From Malacoraja senta (Eukaryota), in contig JAXLNO010000599.1 of the NCBI GenBank assembly GCA_038087875.1, positions 62,001 to 126,000 on the forward strand: a stretch of DNA of 64,000 nucleotides, in the 5' to 3' direction. Shown here one piece after another: positions 25,852-38,280 of this stretch (position 1 is its first letter; each line of letters opens with the position of its first letter). The notes below the pieces were generated by a model, which saw only the letters and a list, made by a program, of their open reading frames with translations, was not told the origin of the DNA and made no database searches. The position numbers were made by a program, and so were the translations under genes.

Positions 25852-26391
25852 TATGTAAATGTAATACTCATAAATATCATAATAAACAAGTTCAATCTTT
25901 AAAAAAAAAATAAAAAAAATATTCAAAGCCCGAAGTCCCTCGTGCAATTAAGGCAGGTTGTAGTTTAGTTGGGGTTCATAACGTTCAATAGCCTGATGGT
26001 TGTTGGGAAAAAGCTGTTCCTGAAATTGGATGTTACAGTTTCAGGCACCTATACCTTCTTCTGATGGCAGGAGTGAAATGAGAGCGTGGCCAGGGTGGTG
26101 TGGATCCTTGATGATGCTGGCTGTCTTTTTGATCCTGTTTGATAGTTTGTTGAGGGGTGGCATTATTCAAACATTTAAAAACCTAAGGGGGCTTAACAGG
26201 ATAGATGCTGGGTTGCTTTCACTTGTGGGAGAGACTCGACCGAGGGAACATAGCTGCAAGATAAGGGGCAGGTAACTGAAAACTGAGATGCGCAGATATT
26301 TCTTCTTGCAAAGGGTGGTTAATGGAATTATCTGTTGCATAATTAGATGCATTTAAACTGGAGATGAAGAGATTTGAATAATCAAGGAAGT

Positions 26392-26586
26392 CTTCTTCTT
26401 TCGTGTCCATCTTCCATGTTTCAAATGTTGACATCGCCGTCATCGTCCGTCCTGAAAAGGACGCAAGCTTCCGGCGACAGTCAGTGGGAGCCATCACTTG
26501 TTGCAATAGATGATGGTGGTAGCAGAATTAGCTCGGGATACTTCCAGTTTCCAGACCCGCGATGTGGACGGTTCGGCTATGGGGCC
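26392..26586 (-). mobile_element. 195-bp non-autonomous retroposon with 5' HDV-like ribozyme and (GAA)n tail
   Basis: TSD ATCAA(G/A)GAAGT at 26381-26391 and 26587-26597. Minus-strand tail ACACGAAAGAAGAAGA. Confidence 0.85.
26520..26586 (-). ncRNA. HDV-like (CPEB3-type) self-cleaving ribozyme, degenerate copy
   Basis: GGCCCC-A-TAGCCGAA-CCG-TCCACAT-CGC-GGGTCT-GG-(P4)-CTAA-TTCTGCTA places P1, P2, P3, L3, P1.1 and J4/2 in the correct nested double-pseudoknot order. Confidence 0.75.
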
Positions 26587-26884
26587 ATCAAAGAAGTGAG
26601 AGATGTGGAGAAATGGCACAGAAGAGAATTTGAGGCCATCATAAATCAGTCATAATCATATTAAATGGTGAGACAGGCTTGAAGCACCTGATGGACTACT
26701 CCTACTATTTTCTTGTGTCCGCTGTTTTTGATCAATATTTCGTGTTTAGTCTTCAAACAGATCAATAGCATGTTTGAGGTTATTCCACTGTAAATGGAAA
26801 ATACTGGGGATTAGAATTATTTAGATTCGTCATGGTGGTTCAGATTTGGGACAGATTTTAATGTTACTTCATATGTCCAGTCCA

Positions 26885-27315
26885 CACACATTCTAAAAGC
26901 CTCTTAAAAACCTTTATTGGATCTGCTCACACCACCATCCCTGGCAGCATGAACCGGGCACCCATCATTCTCTGTGAATGATGGGTGCCCTGTACATCTC
27001 CTTTAAACTTTCCCCTTTTGACGTTAAACAGTCTTTCCCCTTTTGATGTTAAAGTTCCATACCATCCAGTTTTTGACATTTCCACCCTAGGAAAAAAGTT
27101 CTAACTGCCTATCCTATCATAATTGTATATACTTCTATCAGGTCTCCCCTCAACCACTGATGTTCTAGAGAAAACAATCCATGTTTGTTTAATTTCTCCT
27201 TATACCTAATACCCTCTAATCCAGGCATCATCCTGGTAAACCTCTTCTGCAACCTCTCCAAAGCCTCCACATCCTTCTTATAATGGGGCAATGCACAGAA
27301 TACTCCAAATGCAGC
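26885..27315 (-). mobile_element. Old CR1 3' fragment
   Basis: ORF 27109..27291 DVEALERLQKRFTRMMPGL..DLIEVY. Confidence 0.75.
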
Positions 27316-28494
27316 TAACTGAGCATATATCAGAAATTGTACCTAGATTTCATGTGGGTAGTAAACTTAGCATACTGTATATTAAGTTGTGCATTTATCA
27401 CTAAGGAACTGGTGAACCCATTTCTTAAATGCTTTGTTGAGAGGCCAGTTCTTATCTCTCACTTCCACTTTGCAACTTTTAACGTTAAATTCTAGGCTGA
27501 TACTGTAGTGCCCAGGGACTACTTCGATAGGAGAGATGATAGGTCTTGGATAAGATAACAGGACAAACCACCCCTACTCTCTCAGATGGTTCTTCCAGAT
27601 CCTATTAAACTTTTTTGACAAAGACCAGGTGAGTTATCTTGTGTCCTGGCCAATATCCTTCAACCAACTTCCCAATATCCTTCAACCAACTTAATTAATA
27701 CAGATTACCTGGCCATTATCTCATCGTTATTTGTGAGAAACTGTGCGAGTTGTTCGACATATTTCCTACATTACAAAAGGGACAATGCCTTAAATTGATT
27801 TCACTTGTTGCGACAATGGTCTGATCAGATGTAAAATTTAAACCCAATCCATACCCAGGTCAACCAATTGTATTCAGAATCTCTCCTGGATCTGCGAAAC
27901 TTAGCAATGTTTCCATGCATGACCTGGCCATTGCCTAAATATTACAACCTTAAACACATTGTTGAATTGTTTGAGCATGAAGTGCCAAATATTGATCAAG
28001 AACAGATGACAAATGTGATAATAGTCAGCAAACGATCCCGACCTGAATAAGGTACTAAACCAGACCAACCCAATCAAAACAGATCCTGCACGTACATCAG
28101 GTACACTGAAACTCACGTTTGGGTAGCCAAGCCCTACTTTTGGGAAGTCCTGAGAATTATCAACAATCCATAAAATAGAGCAAGTTTTCCTTTTCTAATT
28201 ATAATTAGGATAGAAAAGAAAGTGCCTGGCATAAAATCCACAACTATAGGGTCAGAATTAACAAAAAAAAACATAATGCCGAAGGAATTTAATTAAGCAG
28301 CTCAAATGCAATAACCCGTTCATGATCAGTTTATGGAACTACAGGGCACTTACCTGCATAAATATCAATCTCAATGACAGATATGCATCAAATGACATTG
28401 TTTCCTGTGCAACATTCCTTTTGGAACATAGCCAGGGAAATTAGACAAAGTTGCTTTGGGTCGGCCTTTCACAGAACAGTGCTGGACTTACATA

Positions 28495-28815
28495 TTAGGA
28501 GTACATAAAATTCTGAAAGCCATAGATAGACAGTCAGAACCATTTCCCAGGGTGAAATGTCAAAAAATTAGAGGGCGTAGCTTTAAGGTGAAAGGTGGAA
28601 AGTTTAAAGGTGAAGTGTGGGGCACGTTTTATACACGGTTGGTGGGTACGCAGTGTCAGGGATGGTAGTGGAGACAGATATGATAGTGGCATTTAAAATG
28701 CGAGGATTGGAGGAGTATGGATCATGTGCAGGCAGATGAGATTAGTTTATCTTGGCATCATTTTTGGCACAGGCATTTTGGGCCGAGGGCCTGTTCCTAT
28801 TTTGTATGCTCTATG
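28495..28815 (+). mobile_element. Old CR1 3' fragment
   Basis: ORF 28456..28668 resembles the CR1 C-terminus; typical 3' UTR follows. Confidence 0.65.
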
Positions 28816-29150
28816 TACAGTACGCAGGCAAGCATCCATCATTGCTAATTACTCATCTGGCTTTCTGTTTAAATAGACTGTTCCTGATTTTACGATTAAA
28901 GAGACCAAATCCTTAGCTGCTTTCAGAGGAAGCATGCGTTTCCTTTAGACCTGTACCATCAATGGAAGTTCATCTTGGAATGTTAGTGACATCTTAATTC
29001 TTTAGTTGTGCATCCTGTGATGCATAACATTGCACGCTTTATTTCTGACGCATTTGAATGGTTGCTAATCATCACTTAAATGTTTTTTTCCCATACTAAT
29101 TTACATGGTCCCATGTTCTTGAAAACTCTGGCACCAAGAGTGGTACATTA

Positions 29151-29741
29151 AGGGCCTGTCCCACTTGGGCGTCATATGCGCGTCATTTACGCGACATCCT
29201 AAAAATTGGTTGGCGCGTCGTTACGTGCGCATGGCGCATGGTGAGGCGTGGTGGCATATGCAGTGACGCGCGGTAACACGCGGCTCCCCAGGATTTTGTG
29301 ATATTCAAAATCCTCGCACGCCACCTGCGTGAAGTATCCCTGACGTACTGACGGCGTACTTGTAGCGCATGGTGACGCATGGTTACGCACGGTGACGCAC
29401 GAACATTGCCTATGCTAATTTATTATGCGTCAATGTGCATCAACGTCCGTAACCATGTGCCGCCCATACGCTGTCGGCACGCCATTTGTGCATCATTTGA
29501 GCGCGGCACCACGTGACCACCCGGATATAAAGCGCACGTTGTTTTGAAAATCTTTCACCTTTGTACCTTTGATTTTCACCGGGGAAATCCTTGCCATGGG
29601 GATCGGACTAAGTACGAACGACATCGCAAATAGCTCCCAAACGAAGCAGGGCTCTCAAGAGCACTTGGCGCGTGACTGTTGTACTGCTAGACGATTTTTG
29701 GGCGCCTGTCGCGCAAATGACGCCCAAATGGGATATGCCCT
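29151..29741. mobile_element. Harbinger-type MITE (CpG-rich)
   Basis: TTA|AGGGCCTGTCCCACTTGGGCGTCAT ... ATGACGCCCAAATGGGATATGCCCT|TGA. Confidence 0.8.
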
Positions 29742-29924
29742 TGAGTAAGCTCTGTCCTTCATTCCTGATCTACTGTACATCAACTGGCTGCTCTTTCATA
29801 TCTCTGTTATGCCAGATCAAGCAACAAATCCTTTAGCCACTGCCTCCATCTGATTTAGACTCAAGTGTTCAGTATGGAGTCTTTCTATATGGTCTTTGCA
29901 ATTATTTCAGTTACTACCCAATGT

Positions 29925-31310
29925 GAAAACAAAAGAGTGCAAATGCTGGAATCTATTCAGAAAATATAGCACTTGGAAGAATTTGGTAGGTCACGCAGCA
30001 AACATGTATGTCAACATTTCAGATCGAGATCCTACATCAAGAATGAGAGGAAACAGGAAAGATTGCCAGTATATAGCAGTATGAAGGGGGGGGGGGGGGG
30101 CGAATTGAGGCTGGTTGGTGATAGAACCAGATCGGGAGGGGGTGGAGGGCAGATAGAACCAGGTGGAATTTGGGAAGGAGGAGGAGGAGGAGGGAAAGGA
30201 ATGATGAATAAAGTGAGATGAATGGATGAATGAATGGATGAATGAATGAATAAGTTTATTGGCCAAGTATTCACATACAAGGAATTTGCCTTGGTGCTCT
30301 GCCCACAAGTAAGAACATGACAAACAGTGACAGTTAGGAATGACAAATAAAACATTAAACATTAATAATAAAACATTATTGATTAAATATGTGAATTAAA
30401 TAAAATACCACAGCAAAAGGAGGCTACAGATTTTTTAGTTATTGAGTAGAGTTAATACTCGTGGAAAAAAAGCTGATTTTATGTCTGGCTGTGGCAACTT
30501 TGACAGTCCGGAGTCGCCTTCCAGAGGGAAGTGATTCAAAGAGTTTGTGGCCAGGGCGAGAGGGGTCAGAGATGATCTTACCCGCTCGCTTCCTGGCCCT
30601 CGCAGTGTACAGTTCGTCAATGGAGGGAAGGTTGCAGCCATTAACCTTCTCAGCTGATCAGACTATTCGCTGCAGCCTCCGGATGTCATGCTTGGTGGCT
30701 GAGTCAAACAAAACCATGATGGAGAAGGTGAGGACAGATTCTACGATGGCCGTATAGAACTGGACCATCATTGCCTGTGGCAGATTGTGCTTCCTCAGCT
30801 GCCGTAGGAAGTACATCCTCTGTTGTGCCTTTTTGACTGTGGAGTCGATGGTAGCCCCCCATTTAAGGCCCTTGGAGATGATGGTTCCCAGGAACTTAAA
30901 AGACTCCACAGATGTGACTGTGGTGTTGTTGATGGTGATGAAAATAAGGTGTACAGATGATCGTGCGAGGAAGGAGATCTCCGAAGGTGTGGGTTACCAA
31001 AATTGAAACCTCAATGTTGTAAGCTATCCAGGTTCTTCCAATTTAAATTTGGCTTCTCCATAGCAATGGCGAAGTTAGAGGACGGGCAGGTTAGTGTGGG
31101 AATTTGAAAGAGAATTAAACTTGAAACCAAGATGGTTGCTGAAGACAGTGCACAAGTGTTCCTAGTCTATGGTAGGTTTCTCTTATATAAAGGAGGCCAT
31201 ATTGAGCATATGCAATGCACATGGCCAGTTTGCAGAGGTGCAAGTGAACATTTGTTTCACTTCGAAGGACTGTTTAGGTCCATTGTTAGTGGTGTGGGAG
31301 AAAGTGAATG
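29925..31310 (-). mobile_element. Decayed Penelope 3' end interrupted by a Rex1/Babar copy
   Basis: Pseudo-LTR-like sequence at 29925-30215 and GIY-YIG-like remnant at about 30990-31300. Confidence 0.55.
30217..30937 (-). mobile_element. Rex1/Babar LINE 3' end with (TTCA)n tail
   Basis: Reverse complement of about 21190-21875; ORF 30658..30909. Confidence 0.9.
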
Positions 31311-33411
31311 CCAGGTCCACTGCATTCAAATCAAACGATCCCAAGTGGTACAATAAAAGGTCACTATGATCTTTGCAAAGCCATCAAGAATGCCAAGACA
31401 CAATACCGGGAGAAAATTGAGTCTCTGTATAATAATTCGGACACCTGCAGATTGGCAAGATCTGAATACTAGAACTGGTTGTAAAGCGAAGGCAGGCAAC
31501 ATCGCTGGTGATAGTGTGGCCCTACCTGATAAACATAATGCAATCTATGCTCGCTTTGAGCAGAAGCCCAACAGACCAAGACATCCGTCCCATCAGACTC
31601 AAGTGTGCTTCTTCCCAGAATCACTGTAGAAGAAATTAGATCGGCCTTCATGAGGGTGAACCCACGCAAATTGCCTGGATGGACTCCCTGGCCGCATCCT
31701 TAGGAACTGCATGGACCAACTAGTGGGTGTATTCACGGACATCTTTAATTATCCCTACTGCATTCTGTAGCAATGTTACAAAATTTTGAGATTTTAAAAA
31801 TCAAGTCTGCAATTTATCCCATCAGATAAAGCATAAAAAGAAGTTTAATTTGACACCTAATTCACTTTCATATCTTCAGTATTAAAAATGTTATGGCAAT
31901 TTTCATACTCGGAAATTAGCATCTTGTTCCCTATTGCTTTTCCATTGATTTAACACAAATGCTGTGATCGAGGACAGTCAAAAGCCCATAACTTTCTTAA
32001 AATTAAGAGTACTGAAATAAATTTTCAGTTATTATAGATTGAAGCATTCTGAAACAAATATGAAAAAATCTTACTTGGATGATCTGAAATTAAAGCATAT
32101 AATAGTAAGATTAAACGAGAACTTACCAGTTTGAAGTTTGATCTTTATTTTATGAGGAGTAACGTTGAGGGATTACGTGAAGAAGACCCCGTCCAGCCGC
32201 ACACGCATCAATCTTTCAAAGCAGCGGAGTGACAATCACAGATGATAATTACTGAAGTATGATAGTAAGATGCATAAAGACTTAGAACTACCAGCTTGAT
32301 CCTTTTATGAGGGTGGGAGCGGAGGGCACGTAATCCCTCAACGTTACTCCTCATAAAATAAAGATCAAACTTCAAACTGGTAAGTTCTCGTTTAATCTTA
32401 CTATTTTACTTCGGAGTCATGTGAGTGACTACGTGAAGATTTCAAAGCTCTGTGATTTCACACCGTGGATTAAAATCCAGGTGCTCACTGCACTGATTGA
32501 CTCTATTTGAGTAAGCACAATCAACAATGCATAACCAAAACATTAAATGTAATCAGTTAATGGTTCTATTTATTTTAACAAAAGTAACAAATTAGGCCCA
32601 TTTATTATAATGGGGGATTTAATACTGAATCCAGCACGGCATCACTAAACACCCCAAGGTCTTTAATCTCCTTATGGTAATACTTGTGAAACATCTGTTC
32701 ACTTGCCCATCCTGCGGCCGCGAGGATAAGGTCTATTGGCACATCTGAATCCCTGGCCGCCGATGTTGATGCCGCCCTGGTGGAATGTGATCTAAATTTA
32801 TCAGTATCAAAACCTGAATAAATCAACACCTGTTTCAACCATCTTGAAATTGTCTGTGTTGACACTTTCTTATAACGCTTTTTATGACTAATAAAAAATG
32901 CCAATTCTGTGCCTCTTAAGATTCTTGTTGTTTCTATGTAACATTTTACATATGTTACTACACATAGCCGTGGATCTGCTAGGATATGTTGAAAACTCTA
33001 ACTTACATCCCGTGAACCCAGGTCTACTTTGCTTCAGTAAATCATAGACATAGAATGTAACGGCATTCGCCCCTACCTTCATTCTGTCAATTCATAGTTT
33101 CTGTAATGTTTGAACTCTCTGAGCTGAAACTAATGCCATGAGCATAACCAATTTCATGGTGATTTTGGCTAATGACAGAGTTTCAATAGGATTCCAATCC
33201 CTCAGCAGCATCAGTACATCTTTTACATTCCAGATTTTTGTATACCTAGGTCTAGGAGGATTGGAGTTGAAAATTCCTTTCATAAACCTACAGACCCAAG
33301 GATGTGATCCTATTGGATTTTGTTCTGATTCACTGCTTAAAATATGCAGAGAGTGCACTTTGTGCAGTATTGATTGCACTATAACTTAATTTTAATTTGT
33401 AGTTTAGAGTT

Positions 33412-36123
33412 TGTAGATGAGATATGCATGTGCCTTTAACATAGTGACCTCATACCTACTAACCACTCCCCATATCACAAGTATAACTACAACCTCCCCA
33501 CCCACAGATCGCTCTCTAGTTCCTGTGACAGACCACGTACAGCTAGTGCAATATGTAATGCTCCAGTATGAATAAAGATAGTAAAGTAACGATGCCTCGT
33601 TATAGATTCTTTACATGGTGTCAAACCACTTACCTTGCGCCTCCTGTCTATCGGTTTATCATTTAATTTTGTCCCAGTTTTTTTGTTTCCCCCGCCCTCC
33701 CATTTCTTTGTTATGGCCATTTCAGGGATGCCTTCTCCTACTAATGTGGCAGGCCTACAACGCTTCCTGGGCTTGGTAAACTACCTGGGGAAGTTCATCC
33801 CCGACCTCAGCGAGCTCAGCGCTCCCCTGAGGGATTTGATAAAAAAGGACACGTCCTGGGCTTGGTTCCCCCACCATCAGAAAGCATTCGACATTCTTAA
33901 GTCCAAGCTGATCAGCACCCCCACGCTCAAGTTTTTTGACCTGCAGCGTCCCATTGTCCTCACCTGCGACGCCTCTCGGTTCGGACTCGGTGCCGCCTGT
34001 CTCCAGGTCCATGACGGCCTACAGCTGCCTGTCTCCTTCGCATCCCGCACCATGACCGTCACCGAACAGCACTACGCGCAGATTGAGAAGGAGCTACTGG
34101 CCGTGGTGTTTGCCTGCTCCAAATTCAGAGACTACATCGTGGGCAACACTTTCACCATTGAAACTGACCATCAGCCACTTGTCACCATCCTCAACAAGTC
34201 GATCCATGTGGCCTCATCACGCCTACAGCGCATGATGCTGCAGCTCCAGCGCTTCACGTTCAAGGTGGTTTATCGTAAGGGCAAGGACATGTTCGTGGCC
34301 AACACGTTGTCTCGCGCCCCGCTGTCGTCCACCGTTCGCCACCCATATGAGATGTCATCTATTGGTGCTCCAAATGGACATCGTCCCTTCACAACAGATG
34401 AAGTCCCTGGTTGAACACACTACCAATGACCCTGCCCTGCAACAGCTGTCTGCCGTCATCCAGCGGGGCTGGCCCGACCGTCGTTCCGCACTGCCGGCTG
34501 GTGCCGTGCCCTACTTCCTGGTCCGTGATGAGCTCGTACTACACGACGGCATGGTGGTGAAGGGTCACAAGGTGGTCGTGCCCGCGGCGCTGCACGACCA
34601 CTATTTTCAAGTCGCTCACCGCGGTCATCCTGGGGCCGAAGCCACCGTGTCTCTCGCCAGGAGCCAGTTCTATTGGCCGGACATGGCCAAATACATCCGG
34701 GAGAGGGTCTCCTCGTGTTCCACCTGCAACAGCCTCGCCCCCCACCAGCAGCGTCAGCCGCTTCTGCAGCAGCCCGCGCCCGAACTGCCCTGGATGGCGC
34801 TTGCCGCCGACATTTTCGAGTGGCGAGGCAAACACTTCCTGGTTCTCGTTGACTCCTACTCCAGCTGGTTTGTGGTCGACCGGCTGCACTCCCTAACCTC
34901 TTCGGCCATCATCGACAGGTTGTACCCTCATTTTGGCACTTTTGGCCCCCCGGCAAGCCTGCAATCGGACAATGGCAGCCAGTTCACGAGCTCCGAGTTT
35001 AAAGCGTTCGCTTCCAGATGGAACCTCCGCCATTTCACCAGCAGCCCGGAGTACCCGCAAAGCAACGGTCTGGCCGAGCGTGCCGTCCGCAGCGCGAAGC
35101 ACCTGCTGGAACAGTGTGGTGGCATTAACTCCGACTTCCATCTGGCCCTCCTCAACCTCCGCAACATTTCCCGCGACTCTGCCATGGGTTCCCCTGCTCA
35201 GCGGCTCATGTCTCGCGCTACCAGGCTCCCGCTCCCGGTGGCCCAGCGCTCCCTCATACCCTCCGTCCTCCCACCTGCGGCGGTTCAGAAACGCATTGCC
35301 TTCAGGCACAATGTCCAAAAGCGTTCCCATGACAGGTCCTGCCACCCGCTGCCGCGCCTCTTCCCCGGTCAAGTTGTCCGTATGCAGACCACTTCCGGTC
35401 ACTCCAAGCTCGCCACCGTCGTCGGCTCTGCGGGGTCGCCCAGGTCTTATCTCGTCGACCATGCGGGAGCCATTTACCGACGGTCCCGCCAGCACCTTCG
35501 GCTCGTCAACGAGCCGCGTCCTCCTGCCGCAGATCCCTTTGCTCCCCCACTGCCGGCTTCGCGTCCGGGCGTTGCTCTGCCCGTCCTTCCTAACATGCCA
35601 CGTTCTGCACCTCCTCAATTCCTTCCATCCCACCCTGCTCCGACTAGTCCTCGCTCGCCTGCCCGCTCCTGATCCCGCATCACCTCCGGGTTTGGTGCCG
35701 CGGTCTCCTCCGTCTCCTCCCGTTTCCCCCTTTCAGGTTCGTCTGTCCCCATCGGTGCCTCTTCCTCCTGCCGGAAGGGAGGATGGCGAGACGCGAACCC
35801 GGTCGGGACGTCTTGTCAAACCGCCTGTCCGCTATGGCGATTTTGTTTAACCATCCTAGCGCATGAGCCGTGGTCGCCCTGTCACCATTGTATTTGCCTG
35901 TCGATTCGGAGGGGAAGGATGTAGATGAGATATGCATGTGCCTTTAACATAGTGACCTCATACCTACTAACCACTCCCCATATCACAAGTATAACTACAA
36001 CCTCCCCACCCACAGATCGCTCTCTAGTTCCTGTGACAGACCATGTACAGCTAGTGCAATATGTAATGCTCCAGTATGAATAAAGATAGTAAAGTAACGA
36101 TGCCTCGTTATAGATTCTTTACA
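33412..36123 (+). mobile_element. Gypsy/Ty3 LTR retrotransposon, internally deleted, young
   Basis: 204-bp LTRs (TG..CA) at 33412-33615 and 35920-36123 with one mismatch. TSD GAGTT, PBS-like TGGTGTCA at 33616, PPT GGAGGGGAAGGA at 35908-35919. Confidence 0.96.
33713..35850 (+). pseudogene. Partial Gypsy pol (RT thumb, RNase H, integrase) with two frameshifts
   Basis: LQRFLGLVNY, CDAS..GLGA, YAQIEKELLA, ETDHQPL; HHCC zinc finger; integrase VDSYS, SDNGSQF, PQSNGLAER; terminal RSGRLVKPPVRY. Confidence 0.92.
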
Positions 36124-36306
36124 GAGTTTAAAGAAACTCTATTACATCTGAAATTTCTGCTGTGTTATATGCAATACTCTTTCCTGAATAAAACACCTCC
36201 CATTTCTTTATATAGGAAATGTACTGCTTCTGGGTACTATTCCTCCAGGCTGCTGTCATAACATCCACCGTACGATCTGATAATCCTTTTCCAAGATATG
36301 GCCTTC

Positions 36307-38280
36307 TTAGAATCTGCAAATCAACAAACCAATACGATCATGTGAAGGATGTGGTTCATCAGTTATAGGGTGTACAAGCAGTTTTATCTGCTTTGGAATA
36401 ATCATAAGGTTTTTTTTGATCATTTTTAACACCAGTGGGTACCATAGCTGTGTAGGCCAATCTGGTACTACCAAAATCCCTGAGGCTGAGTCTTGTTTAA
36501 TTTTCTGTATGCATCTGTTGATTAAACAAAATGGTGGAAATGCATACAGAAACATACCACCCCAATGTAGCGAGAAAGCATCCACGGCTACTGCACCAGG
36601 ATCAGGTTCCCATGACACATATTTAGGCAATTGGTGGTTTAGTCTTGATGCAACAAATCAATCTCTGGCATTCCAAATTGTGTTACAATTTGTGTAAATA
36701 TTTCCTGATTTAACATCCATTCTGTATTATCATTAAATTTACGTGATATTTTGACTGCAATTAAGTTAAATTTTCCTGGTAAATATATTGCTGACAGCCA
36801 AATTTTTCCTGGCAATACACCAGGTCCAAATTTCATTTGCCAATCTATCACATGATTCTGATTTGATACCACCCATGTGATTTAGGTATGCTACAGCTGT
36901 AGTATTGTCAACCTGTACCTGATCATGCACATTTCCCATATTAGTGCAATAAGCTTTAAGGCCATGAAATGCTCCTAACAGCTCTAGGTAATTTATTCCT
37001 TAATTTTCAAGCAAAGGTACTTCATCGACATTCCACCTACCTCCACAGCTGGAAATCACGTTAGTTGTGCCCATCCAAGAGCACTTACATCAGTCTGTAG
37101 AATGACGGAAGGTGTTTCTACCAGAACTTTTCTGGAAGCATTAGAGACATTGTTAATCCACCATTCTATTTCTGTAATGGATCCAATTGTTAATTTCATG
37201 GCCTGTCAAAATGCCCTGTATTCATTATTAATGCTTGTACCTTAGCCTTCTGTAAACATTGATAATGCAATGGTCCAAACCTGACAGCTGGAAACCCAGC
37301 AATTAATTTGCCCAGCAAGCTTGCCATTTCTCTAATTGAAGGCTTGTCCTCGTTTATGAGTTTAGTGCAATCTTCAATTAACTGCAGCCTTATCTTTTGG
37401 CAAGGTGATTACCATGTGTTCAGAGTTAATTGTGAACTCTGGCTAATCAATTATTCTTGCTTGGTAACAATTTTGATTTTTGTAGGTGAATAATGAAACC
37501 CATTTTTTCAAAATGTATTTGACTCTAGATACTGACAATATTGCAGTAGCCAAAGTGTCCCCCACAATCAGAATATCCTCTAAATAAACCATTAATACAT
37601 GGCCCTCAGCTCTTAGCAGAGCTAAAATTGGTTTGAGTAATTTTAGTGAATAATCTTGGTGCTGATGTCAGGCCATTGGGCAATGCTTTAAATCTGCTTT
37701 TTGGAGAAAATCTAGCAAAGAAACTAAAGGATTACCTATGCTGAGCAGAGCGGTGCGAAGGCAGTATCCCTACAGGCGAAATGCTGGTGCAGGAGCAGGA
37801 AAAAAAATAAAAAAATTTAAATGTTCGGCACGGACTTGAAGGGCCGAGATGGCCTGTTTCCGCGCTGTTATGGTTATATGGTTATATGGTTATATTGCCA
37901 TAACTGACTCATCCATCTAAATTTCAAATATCTTTGATCATTACCATGCATTTCACAGAATAATATGCATTTTGCTGATCTGTGCTTGCCATGTAGCAAT
38001 TCTTTGTGACCAGCTGAATGGCATTTAGTAAATGTTGCCATTTTGGAATGTTTCTATTGTACATAAAGGTTTAAGATTTTTCAGATCCGAAAGGATTCTA
38101 CATCCACCATCCTTTTTTGTTCTGGGAAATATTTGACACAAACTGATGGTGTTGTTCTACTGACTTTTCTATTACCTCCTTTTCCGCATAAAATTTTCAA
38201 TTCTCCCTTGATCAACTTATTCTGTTCCTTTGAGAAAATCCGTGACCAGTTTGAATTATGCTGAATTGGAGGATCCAAAC
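36307..38280 (-). pseudogene. DIRS RT / RNase H / methyltransferase-like domain remnants
   Basis: YVSWEPDPGAVAVDAF..W..LYAFPPF..VPDWPTQLWYP (MT-like), WLSAIYLPGK.N (RNase H), KALPNGL and YLED-like RT remnants at about 37570-37690. Confidence 0.85.

Larger units (their letters stand above)
26155..26715 (+). mobile_element. Old CR1 3' fragment hosting the ribozyme retroposon
   Basis: Reads IIQTFK.LRGL.RIDAG..GETR.R.H..KIRG; CR1 3' UTR resumes after 26587. Confidence 0.7.
32605..36319 (-). pseudogene. DIRS tyrosine recombinase, frameshifted and split by a Gypsy insertion
   Basis: TVDVMTAAWRNSTQKQY (36128-36319), HPWVCRFMKGIFN..P..PRY..W, LMALVSAQRV, HSTRAASTS and AGW....F.KYY. Confidence 0.9.

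Noticed and set aside
34539..35633. Antisense ORFs over the Gypsy integrase
   Set aside because: They are shadows of a GC-rich coding frame.
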